A DNA stretch of 64,000 nt from a virus: the IMG/VR virus record IMGVR_UViG_3300048883_000431, positions 48,230-112,229 of that record; one strand, written 5' to 3'. This document shows, one piece after another, positions 1 to 9,038 of this stretch. Position 1 is the first letter of the stretch. Each line of letters begins with the position of its first letter. The position numbers and the translations under genes are program-made. The notes beneath the pieces are model-generated. The model made no database searches. It saw nothing but the letters and a program-made list of their open reading frames with translations, and was not told the origin of the DNA.

Positions 1-28
1 GGAAGAGTCCGAAAAGCTCCGAGAGGAG

Positions 29-1966
29 TTGGCAGCCCTACAGGTGCAGGCGGACGCGACGCGCGTCACGGGAACCGACCTTCTGGCGGATTCGGCAACG
101 CGACTTGCGGGAGCCCTCGGAACGAACGCAGCCCGCGCAGCGCGGGAAGCATCCCGTAGCCTGGAGGCACTCACCGGCACCCCGGAGAAGATGGACCGTC
201 TCCGCGCGATCATGGGCGGACGGGCAGCGGACGTCTCCGCGAACCTCGGCGGACGTGGGGATGAGTTTGCGTTCGGGTCGCCCGCCGAGGTCGACCGCCG
301 CCGCCTTACCCTGGAGACCCAGGTCGAGCAGCTCACGAAGCGGCGCGACGCACTCATCACGAGCACGCGGACTGCCAAGGAAGGCGGCGCGTCGAGCGAG
401 TCTCTGAGCGGCGTACGCGCCCAGACACACGAGTTGTCGCGCCAAATCCTGACCCGTCAGGTGATCTTGGACGACCTTCTCGTCCAGTCGGACGCTATCC
501 GCGCTTCCATCGTCGCTGGTGACTTCGCCAAGCTCGACATGGACATCCAGAAGGTCGTGGAGTCGGGGAGCGTCGAGACCATTACCCGCAACATGGGCTT
601 CCTCAACGATGTCCTCGACGAGATGAACGACTTGACCGATGACGAGCGTGGCGGGATCAAGAAGCTGATCGACGATCTCGATGGCGCGAAGAAGGCTGCA
701 CAGAACGCACGCGAACTCGCCGACGAACTCAAGCGCATCAAGAGTGTGTCGTCCGCCCGACAGGGCGCAATACGCGCCGTGGGCAGTGTGGCTGGCGGGA
801 GGGCCGGTAGTGTGCTTGGCTCGATTGCGGGCATCGTGGGGGGCGTTACCTCGTTCTCCAGCATCGCGGCTACGCGCACGGCGTCCCACGAGAGTAACCT
901 CGCCGAGCGGGACGCCGGAACAATCAACCAGGGAACCTTCACCAACAACGAGTCCGCCATCAACACTGTCGCCACCATGGGCAAGATCGCGGCCGGGGCG
1001 GAGCTTGTCGGGCAGGGCATCAGCATCGCCACCACGGCCTGGTCGATGTTCAACGCGCGTGCTGAGGCAGCCAAGCAGAAGGTGCGTGAGATTCAGGAAG
1101 CCGCCAACGCGATGGGTGACGCCATCGCAGGTGGCATCGCGGCGGGCTTTGATGAGGGAGCGCAGTCGTTCGACGACTTCATGCGCAACTTCCTCCTGAA
1201 CGAGTTTAGAACGAACCTCGCGGAGACTGTGCTGGAGACGTCAGGGATACGCGCGTTCACCGACGACCTGGCGGCCACCAAGACCCTCCTCGCGGATACG
1301 ACCGACAGGGTTGACGAAATCCTTGTGCAAAACAAGGGACTCAACAAGTCCATCACCCCGGACGTCCTGACTAACCTCAGCAAACTGGACCCGGCACTAC
1401 TGCAGAACGCTAAGAACCTCACGGCACTCCAACGCCTAACCATCCTCAAGAACGCGGGGGCCGTACTACCACAGAATGAGTTCGGGGATACGATCCCCCA
1501 GGGGACGACGGAATTCCTACAGACCCTCGGAAACGAGTTGGCCACGCGTGCGAAGCTCGGTGGGCAGCTCCAGGACGCGGCCGGGGAGGTCGAGGGGTTC
1601 AGCGAGGCCATCGCGGGTGTCCAGCCGATCTTCGACGGGTTCCGGGAGGCGCTGGGACTGAGCACTGGCGCGGTGAAGGGCGTGTCCGAGATCGCGACGT
1701 CCACGTTCCGCGCTGTCACCGAGCCACAGGCGAACCTGTTGCTCAGTGCCACCATCGAGATGCGCGACCTGCAGGTCCAGATCGAGTTCAACACACGGCG
1801 CACTGCGGAGGTCCTCACACACGACATCCTCGGCGCGCTGTTGGCGAACGGGTTCAACGCGGGCGCAAGAGAGCCAGAGGACGTTCCGACAACCCCCGCA
1901 AACCTGAAGCTCGGTGACCTGAAGCAGGGGGCCGAGCAGGTCCAGAACGGTCAGGGAGTCCTCTGA
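29..1966 (+). CDS. tail tape-measure protein, C-terminal part (frame open to the window start)
   Basis: Long Ala/Gly-rich helical protein directly upstream of Dit/Tal-like genes. Confidence 0.7.
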   Translation: MAALQVQADATRVTGTDLLADSATRLAGALGTNAARAAREASRSLEALTGTPEKMDRLRAIMGGRAADVSANLGGRGDEFAFGSPAEVDRRRLTLETQVEQLTKRRDALITSTRTAKEGGASSESLSGVRAQTHELSRQILTRQVILDDLLVQSDAIRASIVAGDFAKLDMDIQKVVESGSVETITRNMGFLNDVLDEMNDLTDDERGGIKKLIDDLDGAKKAAQNARELADELKRIKSVSSARQGAIRAVGSVAGGRAGSVLGSIAGIVGGVTSFSSIAATRTASHESNLAERDAGTINQGTFTNNESAINTVATMGKIAAGAELVGQGISIATTAWSMFNARAEAAKQKVREIQEAANAMGDAIAGGIAAGFDEGAQSFDDFMRNFLLNEFRTNLAETVLETSGIRAFTDDLAATKTLLADTTDRVDEILVQNKGLNKSITPDVLTNLSKLDPALLQNAKNLTALQRLTILKNAGAVLPQNEFGDTIPQGTTEFLQTLGNELATRAKLGGQLQDAAGEVEGFSEAIAGVQPIFDGFREALGLSTGAVKGVSEIATSTFRAVTEPQANLLLSATIEMRDLQVQIEFNTRRTAEVLTHDILGALLANGFNAGAREPEDVPTTPANLKLGDLKQGAEQVQNGQGVL

Positions 1967-1987
1967 ACTCCGCCGTCTAACCTGGAG

Positions 1988-2016
1988 TTCGCAAAACGGA
2001 GCGCGCGTGCTATAAT
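1988..2016 (+). promoter_or_regulatory. sigma70-type promoter inside the tail operon
   Basis: TTCGCA-N17-TATAAT with TGn extended -10, in the gap after the tape-measure stop. Confidence 0.6.
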
Positions 2017-2073
2017 AGATGGGGGACAGTCGCCAGTGGCCTTGCCCGAAACACCTTGTATGGGAGTTGTCCA

Positions 2074-2160
2074 ATGGCGAGTCCAGAGGAACGCGACGTT
2101 GTCGTAAACCAGATCACGGTGCCTACGTTCACCGCAGATGTATGGAATGAGTTGTCGTAA
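2074..2160 (+). CDS. 28-aa small ORF MASPEERDVVVNQITVPTFTADVWNELS
   Basis: GGGAG RBS at 2062-2066; stop TAA overlaps the next ATG (TAATG). Confidence 0.4.
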   Translation: MASPEERDVVVNQITVPTFTADVWNELS

Positions 2161-3302
2161 TGGCGAACCTGGCGTGGACCAACGCGGGGATACCCGTATC
2201 CTACAAGATCAACGGCGTCAACATCCGCGAGGAGTTCGGGGTTGAGATGTCGTTGCCCAACGCCCTTATGCCCGGCGTTCGCGGACGGACATCCAATCCC
2301 TCCCAGACGCACGGGGAGGTTGACAGCGGGGCCTTCTACGGCACACGCCAGTTCTCGGTGACCGGGCGGATCATCGCCACAACCCACGCGTTGTTCACGT
2401 CCCAGATGGACGAGTTCACCGCGTGGCTTCGACTGGAGGACAACCTCCAGCAGTTCTCGCTTCGGGGGCGCACCCTATCGGGTATGCGACTGGAGATCGC
2501 GGGTCACGGGCTGGCGGAGCCCAGGACCCTCATCGTCACCTACAGTGGCAATGCCACGATCAGCCCGATCTCCACCGCCCACTTCAAGGGGCGTGCGTAC
2601 GACTTCGGGTTGGGGCTGAAGGCGTCCTACCCGTTCTGGCTCACCCAGGAGGAGACGGACGCCCACAGGGACACGAGCGCTCACCAGTGGATACGGGTAC
2701 CGAAGGACACGTCGGGGGCCTTGGGCACGTCCCAAACATACCCCGAATACACACTCGACGGGCCGGTAAGCGGAGCGAATGTCACCATCGCGCACGGGCG
2801 ATTCGGACTGAGCGTTCGGTTCAACGACCTGTCGCTGGCGGAGTCGGGTAACGGACTGGCGTTCACCGCGACCAACATCTACGGTGACTCGACAGTGGGG
2901 ACGTTCCAGAACCAAGTGGAGCTCACCGCTGTTGCGTCGACGGAGGGCGAGGGCTCGGGGGAGAGCGTGGGGCTGCACGGGTCGGCAAGCGGCGGGTCCG
3001 GCTCACTCATCAAGCTCCCCATCCGAAACGCGCAGTCACTGGCCGTGAACCCGAATGACTCGCAGGACGCGGACTACTTCAACGGCGCAGTCGGAACCTT
3101 CGGGTGCTTCTTCAAGCCTAACTTCGACATCATAGCGGGCGTGCAGGACAGCGAGAAGCGTAACGTCCTCCTAAACCTGGGTGCGGCCACGGCGGCGAAC
3201 AACATGCAGATACGGTTCGCGGATTCGTCGGACAAGCGTGTTGTGGAGCTAAGGACGGTTAACGGCGCGGGGACGGTCCTGAGCAAGACGAATAACTCGT
3301 AA
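2160..3302 (+). CDS. distal tail protein (Dit)-like, N-terminal part ending in the first half of a LamG domain
   Basis: Position after tape measure; Dit-like segments (YGTRQFSVTGRI, LKASYPFW, YPEYTLDGP); C-terminal GTFGCFFKP...IRF beta strands. Confidence 0.65.
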   Translation: MANLAWTNAGIPVSYKINGVNIREEFGVEMSLPNALMPGVRGRTSNPSQTHGEVDSGAFYGTRQFSVTGRIIATTHALFTSQMDEFTAWLRLEDNLQQFSLRGRTLSGMRLEIAGHGLAEPRTLIVTYSGNATISPISTAHFKGRAYDFGLGLKASYPFWLTQEETDAHRDTSAHQWIRVPKDTSGALGTSQTYPEYTLDGPVSGANVTIAHGRFGLSVRFNDLSLAESGNGLAFTATNIYGDSTVGTFQNQVELTAVASTEGEGSGESVGLHGSASGGSGSLIKLPIRNAQSLAVNPNDSQDADYFNGAVGTFGCFFKPNFDIIAGVQDSEKRNVLLNLGAATAANNMQIRFADSSDKRVVELRTVNGAGTVLSKTNNS

Positions 3303-3311
3303 GGATTTGCC

Positions 3312-5612
3312 ATGGCCAAGTCAGCTTCCACTTACCAGGGCTTCCAGGTCCCGGCACTTCAGACCGACACCATTGGGTTTGACGACGACTTCGCTGCGTT
3401 CAAGACCCACCTCGACGCCGCCCTATCCAGCCACGCCTCGAACATCTCGGGGTCTGCGAACGCGGCGGGCGGGACCTCCTACGCCAGCAACGCGGGCAAG
3501 ATTCTCTCGGCGTCGGCGAGCTCTCCGAGCCCTCTAGGACGAGTCTTCCCCCTCTCCGCGAGCACCGACTCGATTCTGATGTTCCAGGAGAACCCTGGCG
3601 GCAACACTGCGGGTAACGACAAGTGGGTCATTGGGTACGACGACTCCAGCGGCTTCTTCGCCATCCACGACGCAGCGACTATACCGACGACCATCCGCGA
3701 CGCGCGGGTGAGCATATCTGCTAACGCGATGTACGTGACGACCAACGACTCGGGCGCGACGGTCAACTCGAACTACGACGATCTCGTCGTGGAGGTCGCC
3801 GCCACCGGGGGGATCACCATACTCGGCCCGGACGCGACCGAGTTGGGGCTTGTGTTCGGAAACGTCACGCAGCCAATCAACGCTGCCATCACGATGCAGT
3901 CTAACGACAAGCTACGGATGTTCACGTCAGTAGACGACGGCGAGATTAAGTTCGCCACCGACGTGGACTCGCTGGCCATGACCATCGACAAGAACCAGCA
4001 TGTCGTCGTCCACAGCGGGTCGCTCACGGTCATTAGGAGCGGTATCCAGTCGGGATCGGACGTCAATATTGGCGCGGACGACTTGGTTATCGACGCCTCC
4101 AACAGTGCCGGGATGTCGATACTTACGAAGGCGAACTTCAGCGCCAGCGTATTCCTCGGGGCCAACGGCTCGGCTAATGACGCGGCGCGCATACAGTGGG
4201 CGGACGACGTGGACCTCTTCCACATAGGCACGAACTACGCTGGCGCTGAGGTCCGACTACGAACGGACACCAACACCCTCGCTTTGACCCTTGGGTCGGA
4301 CCAGTCCGCCACGTTCGTAGGGGACGTCGTTGCGGAATCCAACCTTGACGTCGAAGGGTATGCGGCCATCGGGGACGGGTCCTCCCTCGACGCGGACTGG
4401 ACCCTGACCGTCGACCGCGACTTCTCGTCCACCACAAACCCCCGTATGCTCAACATCCGTGGGATTATGACGGTGACGGCCGGGACAAGCAACCTCTACG
4501 GTCTGTTCGCTGACACGTCCATGGTTATCAACTCCGCGTCGGCGGAGGTCCACCCCGAGGTCGCGCAGTTCTACATCTCGGACCCCGACATCTCCCTGGG
4601 GGGCACGTCGCCGGGAACCCTTACCCTGGCCGCAACCCTCCTCGTTGACGGTAAGCCCACCGAGGGTACGAAGAACGCAGGGATTTGGGTGCAGTCGGGA
4701 AGCTCCACTGCCACGCCCGACACCGGGGCCAACACCCTCGTCATCGAGGGGTCCGATCCCGACGGGACGGGGGCTAGCATACTCTCAGCCAACGGTAAGG
4801 AGTCGCGACTGTACTTCGGCTCCCCCGCTGACGGGAATGGGGCTCGAATTACCTGGGGGTATAACGCTGGGTTGCTATCCATCGCGAGCTATGTGAGCGG
4901 GGCCAATGTCGAACTCTTCAGTGGTACAGGGACGGCGGGCATAACGATTGCGGGCAACAGCGGCGACGTGACCGTAGACGGCACGACCACCTCGACCGGC
5001 GACATTATCGCTGGCGGGGACATCGGGCTTTCCGGCGATCAGGACCTGATCTCCTTGGCGGCGAACCTGGTGACCGTCAACGGCGCGCTCACGACGACCG
5101 GCGTCATCACGACGGCGGACGACCTGATCGTCGATGGAACCAACATCGGGATCACCACAGACCTCGACCTAATCACACTCGCGCTGAACTTGCTCACCGT
5201 GACGGGTGCCCTGACCGTCTCCCTCGACCTCATCGTGGAGGGGGGCGACATCGGGATCGCCGCCGACACCGATCTCCTTGCTCTGGCGGCCAACGCGTTC
5301 ACGATCAACGGTGCCGTCACCCAGGTCGGCGCGTTCCTCACCTCCCTGGCAGGCGATCTCCTCGTCGACGGTGGCGACATCGGCATCACGGGGGATACCG
5401 ACCTCATGCAGCTCTCCAGCGCGGCGCTAACCGTGAACGGCAGCCTAAGCGCCACATCGTTCGTATCGACGCCCCTCATCTCCCTCACGGGTTCCACCGG
5501 GGACTACCTCCAGTTTGACGCGGAAGGCACGGCCCCCAACACCGCCGCCGGAAGCGTTAAGGTGGATGTTGGCGGGGCGGTTCGGTATCTCATCACATAC
5601 TCTTCGCTGTAA
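3312..5612 (+). CDS. tail fibre / receptor-binding-like protein
   Basis: Ser/Thr/Gly/Asp-rich; about three repeats of the DDLV(V/I)...G.(T/S)IL type and four (G)GDIG...D.DL..L....T(V/I)NG repeats; TAAGGA RBS. Confidence 0.65.
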   Translation: MAKSASTYQGFQVPALQTDTIGFDDDFAAFKTHLDAALSSHASNISGSANAAGGTSYASNAGKILSASASSPSPLGRVFPLSASTDSILMFQENPGGNTAGNDKWVIGYDDSSGFFAIHDAATIPTTIRDARVSISANAMYVTTNDSGATVNSNYDDLVVEVAATGGITILGPDATELGLVFGNVTQPINAAITMQSNDKLRMFTSVDDGEIKFATDVDSLAMTIDKNQHVVVHSGSLTVIRSGIQSGSDVNIGADDLVIDASNSAGMSILTKANFSASVFLGANGSANDAARIQWADDVDLFHIGTNYAGAEVRLRTDTNTLALTLGSDQSATFVGDVVAESNLDVEGYAAIGDGSSLDADWTLTVDRDFSSTTNPRMLNIRGIMTVTAGTSNLYGLFADTSMVINSASAEVHPEVAQFYISDPDISLGGTSPGTLTLAATLLVDGKPTEGTKNAGIWVQSGSSTATPDTGANTLVIEGSDPDGTGASILSANGKESRLYFGSPADGNGARITWGYNAGLLSIASYVSGANVELFSGTGTAGITIAGNSGDVTVDGTTTSTGDIIAGGDIGLSGDQDLISLAANLVTVNGALTTTGVITTADDLIVDGTNIGITTDLDLITLALNLLTVTGALTVSLDLIVEGGDIGIAADTDLLALAANAFTINGAVTQVGAFLTSLAGDLLVDGGDIGITGDTDLMQLSSAALTVNGSLSATSFVSTPLISLTGSTGDYLQFDAEGTAPNTAAGSVKVDVGGAVRYLITYSSL

Positions 5613-5622
5613 GGATTTACGC

Positions 5623-5952
5623 ATGGCAAAGTTCCTATCGGGATACGCCTTCACGGTAAAGGCTACCCTCGGACCTGACGGGGACACCCGTGTGGTGAGG
5701 GTTCGGGCGAGCTACACCCTGGCCGACACCGAGGACGAGCGTCTCAGTACCAAGCGCGACCTCGACCTTGTACTGTCCACCGATCCTAGATCGGCGGACG
5801 TGGGCGAGAAGGGCCTCGACATCGAGCCCCCGGATGCGGCGATTGAACGGGGCATCGTGTCCGCCATTGAGAGGTCCATACGTAGGGCGTCCAAGGGGAT
5901 GGAGTCCCTGCCAATACTTGACGACGAGAAGGAGCCTGTGGCGAGGGGATGA
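5623..5952 (+). CDS. hypothetical protein, possible fibre accessory/chaperone
   Basis: TAAGGA RBS and ATG at 5623; follows the fibre gene. Confidence 0.5.
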   Translation: MAKFLSGYAFTVKATLGPDGDTRVVRVRASYTLADTEDERLSTKRDLDLVLSTDPRSADVGEKGLDIEPPDAAIERGIVSAIERSIRRASKGMESLPILDDEKEPVARG

Positions 5953-6009
5953 GTTGCCGAACGACGTTCCCCCGAGGTATAGTTCTGCCACACACCACAG
6001 GAGCTCCGA

Positions 6010-6420
6010 ATGAAACCCCTCACGATTCCGCTGTCGCGCCTGATCTTTGGTGAGGGGGATGGCCAAGTCGTACAGCAGAACGACGCGGTCATAGCCCTTC
6101 GCTTCGCGCAGCTTTTCGACTACCTCAAGCACAGTATGGCGGAGAAGCGCGCCGCAATCGAGCTTCGGGACGAGGCCACCCGTGCTGTCGACGGGGAGCT
6201 GGACACCCTGGAGCTCTCCAAAGACGCGGTCAGACTACTGAGTAAGATCTGCGAGTCCCCGATGGACCATCTCAAGGAGAAGACGGCGGTCGGCGCGGAA
6301 GGAATCGACGTCAAGGAGGGATTCCTCAACACCGACACCGCCCAATCCGCTATACTCAGTCTGGAACCAGCCTGCAAGGCCGCGCTGGGGGAAGAGGTAG
6401 CTACCACGGAGGCTGAGTAA
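6010..6420 (+). CDS. hypothetical helical protein, possible fibre accessory
   Basis: GGAG RBS, operon position. Confidence 0.55.
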   Translation: MKPLTIPLSRLIFGEGDGQVVQQNDAVIALRFAQLFDYLKHSMAEKRAAIELRDEATRAVDGELDTLELSKDAVRLLSKICESPMDHLKEKTAVGAEGIDVKEGFLNTDTAQSAILSLEPACKAALGEEVATTEAE

Positions 6421-6422
6421 CC

Positions 6423-9038
6423 ATGTCGGAGATCTACGTCCAGGAGGGCGTCTGGCACCACCTCGCCGTGGTGTGGGACGATAACGCGAACACCTCTGCC
6501 ATCTACATCGACGGTGTGGAGGTGTTCGCGGGGACTGCCACCAGCGGAAACTTGCCCACGGTGTCCTCCCTCCAGAACGTGATGGGGATTGGCGGGCTCG
6601 TTGGGGGCTACGGCGCAACCTCCGTTCAGGAGCTCTCCGGCGGGGACAGCATCGAATCCGACATCGACGGCCCCACGATATGGGGCAAGGCCCTCACCGC
6701 CACCGAGATTCTTCGACTGTTCACGGCGTCTGGCAGTCCCGTCGTTGCCGATGGGTCCGCACAGATCGCGGCCAAGGGGTCCAGCTTCCGCGTAGCGCCC
6801 TCCCATATCCTTGCCCACGTTCCTTTTGACGACGACGAGTCGCTATCGCTTACGTCCAGCCTGGTGGCCTCCACGCAGCTCATTAAGTACCTCGGCACAG
6901 GGTTCGGCGGACGTTACAACATCGGAACGTCCTCGGGGGCCGGCGCGACAAACGTCTACCTCGATCTCCTAAGCTCCCTCGCGAACACGGACACGAACGA
7001 GACCGACCAGCCCATCTTTTGGACCGACCACTTCCGCACCACAAGCCCGCAGAACCTGTATAGGTTGTACAACCGTGCGACGAGCGGGGCGATGGACTCG
7101 GAGATAGTAAGCGCGGCCTCCTGGGCAGAAGGCTCTCACCTACTCACCGTGTCCGACGATCTAAACGCTACGTACGACAAGGATGTCGGGCAGCTACAGC
7201 GCAACCTCATTGCCGACGGCGACTTCGAGATTCCGGGCGGGTTTGGGTCAAGCTCCTACTGGGCTGATGTTGGAGGAGCAACGACCAGCAGGCAGACCGG
7301 GGCACTCGTCTCGCAGGGACAGGCCTCCGCGAAGATAGTCAGCGCCGGATCGGCCGAAGGAACCTCCCAGGATTTGAGGGGTGGGTACGCCTCGACTTCG
7401 GGGAGTACCTACAACTCAACGGACTGGGTGGCCTTCTTCGACTTCTACCCAACTATGGCGGTCAGTGGCTCCGGAGCCATCAGCTTCTTGGAAACCTCGT
7501 CGACCACGAGCACGACCGGTCTCTACTATGTAGCATTCGACCAGAAGACCGAGTGGGGCGATGCGATTGCGCAGGACTCGTGGAACCAGATGGTGTATGT
7601 CCACACCGGAAACGCTTACGACGCCGAGAACTACTTCCACCTCATAAACCCCGCGTCCGGGACCGCCTACTATGACAACGCGCAGCTTCTGATGAGTGAG
7701 ATTGTCGAGGGGAACTTCCACCTCGGGACTAACGGGAGCTGGAGTGCGTCAGGAACGGCCGCCGCACACTGGAGCATTCTTGCGGCGGGGGGGTTCGGGG
7801 TGTTCGCCGAGAGGTCCCACGTCGGGGCCAGATACGGGACTGTTGCGCTACCGGTGGAGGCCACCACAGATATAACGCAGACGTTCAGCCTGGCGTCGAG
7901 GGGCAGTAGGCGGTTCCTTGCGACCGTGTACGCCAAGCTCATAGACGGCGACGCCGTCACTGCCACGCTGGCGGTGAAGGACGACGGTGGGACCACCCTC
8001 GCAACCGTCTCCGAGTCCCTTACCACCGTCGCGGCCACTGGGGACTACACCAAGCTCTCGGTCCTGTTCGCCGCAGACACTGACGCTGGCTCTAACCACG
8101 ACATGGTGGTGACCATCACGGGGGATGCCGGTGACGTGGTGTACCTCGCCACCGCCTACGTCATCGAGATGACCGCGATCCCCGGCGAGGTCCGTGTGAT
8201 GCCCGAGGAGCACGCCATCGTCCCCACGAAGGATCGCGCGGGCGCGCAGTTCGTGCCGGGCAACCAGGGACTTTCGTTCAGCACGACGTACCTCAACCCG
8301 AACGAAGCCGGGTTCCTCGTCCGATTCCGACCTCAGTTCTCCAGCGATCTGAACGAGGCGACGCCGCGCGCACTGTTCGACTGGAAGGTCGACGCCAATA
8401 ACGCGGTGAGTCTTTCCTACATATCGGGGGTATGGGAGTCCACCTGGGAACAGGGCGGCACGGACAGGGACGTGACCCCGGCCACCGTCACTGCGTTCGG
8501 GCACGACGACCTCATGGAGCTTTCCGGGTGGTTCGATACCGAGGGTCGGAGTATCGACGGTACGACCTACTACGGGAAACTGTTCCTAAACGGTGAGGAG
8601 ATAGGGAGCACCACCACCGCGTGCCCTGCTATGAGCGCCTCCCTGGCCACCGCGTACGTGGGGTCCGACAGCAGCGCGAACTCCGCCGCGAGCGTCATAG
8701 ACGAAATCTATCTGATGACACAGGCCCCGACCGACCTGGAGTGCAAGGGGTTCTACGTCCAGGGCGACGCACTACACAACGATAATCGGGACTTCTCGTG
8801 GATCGCGACCACCAACGCGGGGGACCACATCCGTCTCGACACCTTCACGCAGACGTTCGAGGTCTACAATACGCCGGACATCCCCGAAGGCGCGGGGGAC
8901 TTGGCCACGAGGAGCGCGCTCACCGCCGCGACCGGGGTTCCGCCGTCGGTCAAGCCGTACGGCTCCCGAAAGGGTTGGGTGGTTGTGGACAAGAACGTGA
9001 AGGAACTTAGGATCACCTACCGCAAAGAGTTCATATAA
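6423..9038 (+). CDS. Dit C-terminal part with LamG and carbohydrate-binding-like domains
   Basis: Begins with the second half of LamG (WHHLAVVWD...IYIDG); CBM-like starts NLIADGDFE and EIVEGNF; second LamG; Dit-like end (AGDHIRLD...LRITYRKEFI); GGAGG RBS. Confidence 0.65.
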   Translation: MSEIYVQEGVWHHLAVVWDDNANTSAIYIDGVEVFAGTATSGNLPTVSSLQNVMGIGGLVGGYGATSVQELSGGDSIESDIDGPTIWGKALTATEILRLFTASGSPVVADGSAQIAAKGSSFRVAPSHILAHVPFDDDESLSLTSSLVASTQLIKYLGTGFGGRYNIGTSSGAGATNVYLDLLSSLANTDTNETDQPIFWTDHFRTTSPQNLYRLYNRATSGAMDSEIVSAASWAEGSHLLTVSDDLNATYDKDVGQLQRNLIADGDFEIPGGFGSSSYWADVGGATTSRQTGALVSQGQASAKIVSAGSAEGTSQDLRGGYASTSGSTYNSTDWVAFFDFYPTMAVSGSGAISFLETSSTTSTTGLYYVAFDQKTEWGDAIAQDSWNQMVYVHTGNAYDAENYFHLINPASGTAYYDNAQLLMSEIVEGNFHLGTNGSWSASGTAAAHWSILAAGGFGVFAERSHVGARYGTVALPVEATTDITQTFSLASRGSRRFLATVYAKLIDGDAVTATLAVKDDGGTTLATVSESLTTVAATGDYTKLSVLFAADTDAGSNHDMVVTITGDAGDVVYLATAYVIEMTAIPGEVRVMPEEHAIVPTKDRAGAQFVPGNQGLSFSTTYLNPNEAGFLVRFRPQFSSDLNEATPRALFDWKVDANNAVSLSYISGVWESTWEQGGTDRDVTPATVTAFGHDDLMELSGWFDTEGRSIDGTTYYGKLFLNGEEIGSTTTACPAMSASLATAYVGSDSSANSAASVIDEIYLMTQAPTDLECKGFYVQGDALHNDNRDFSWIATTNAGDHIRLDTFTQTFEVYNTPDIPEGAGDLATRSALTAATGVPPSVKPYGSRKGWVVVDKNVKELRITYRKEFI

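Noticed and set aside
3300-6428. T4 gene 60-type ribosomal bypass or self-splicing intron joining the Dit halves
   Set aside because: The 3.1-kb gap is filled with ordinary genes, no group I/II core is recognisable, and the downstream half has its own GGAGG RBS
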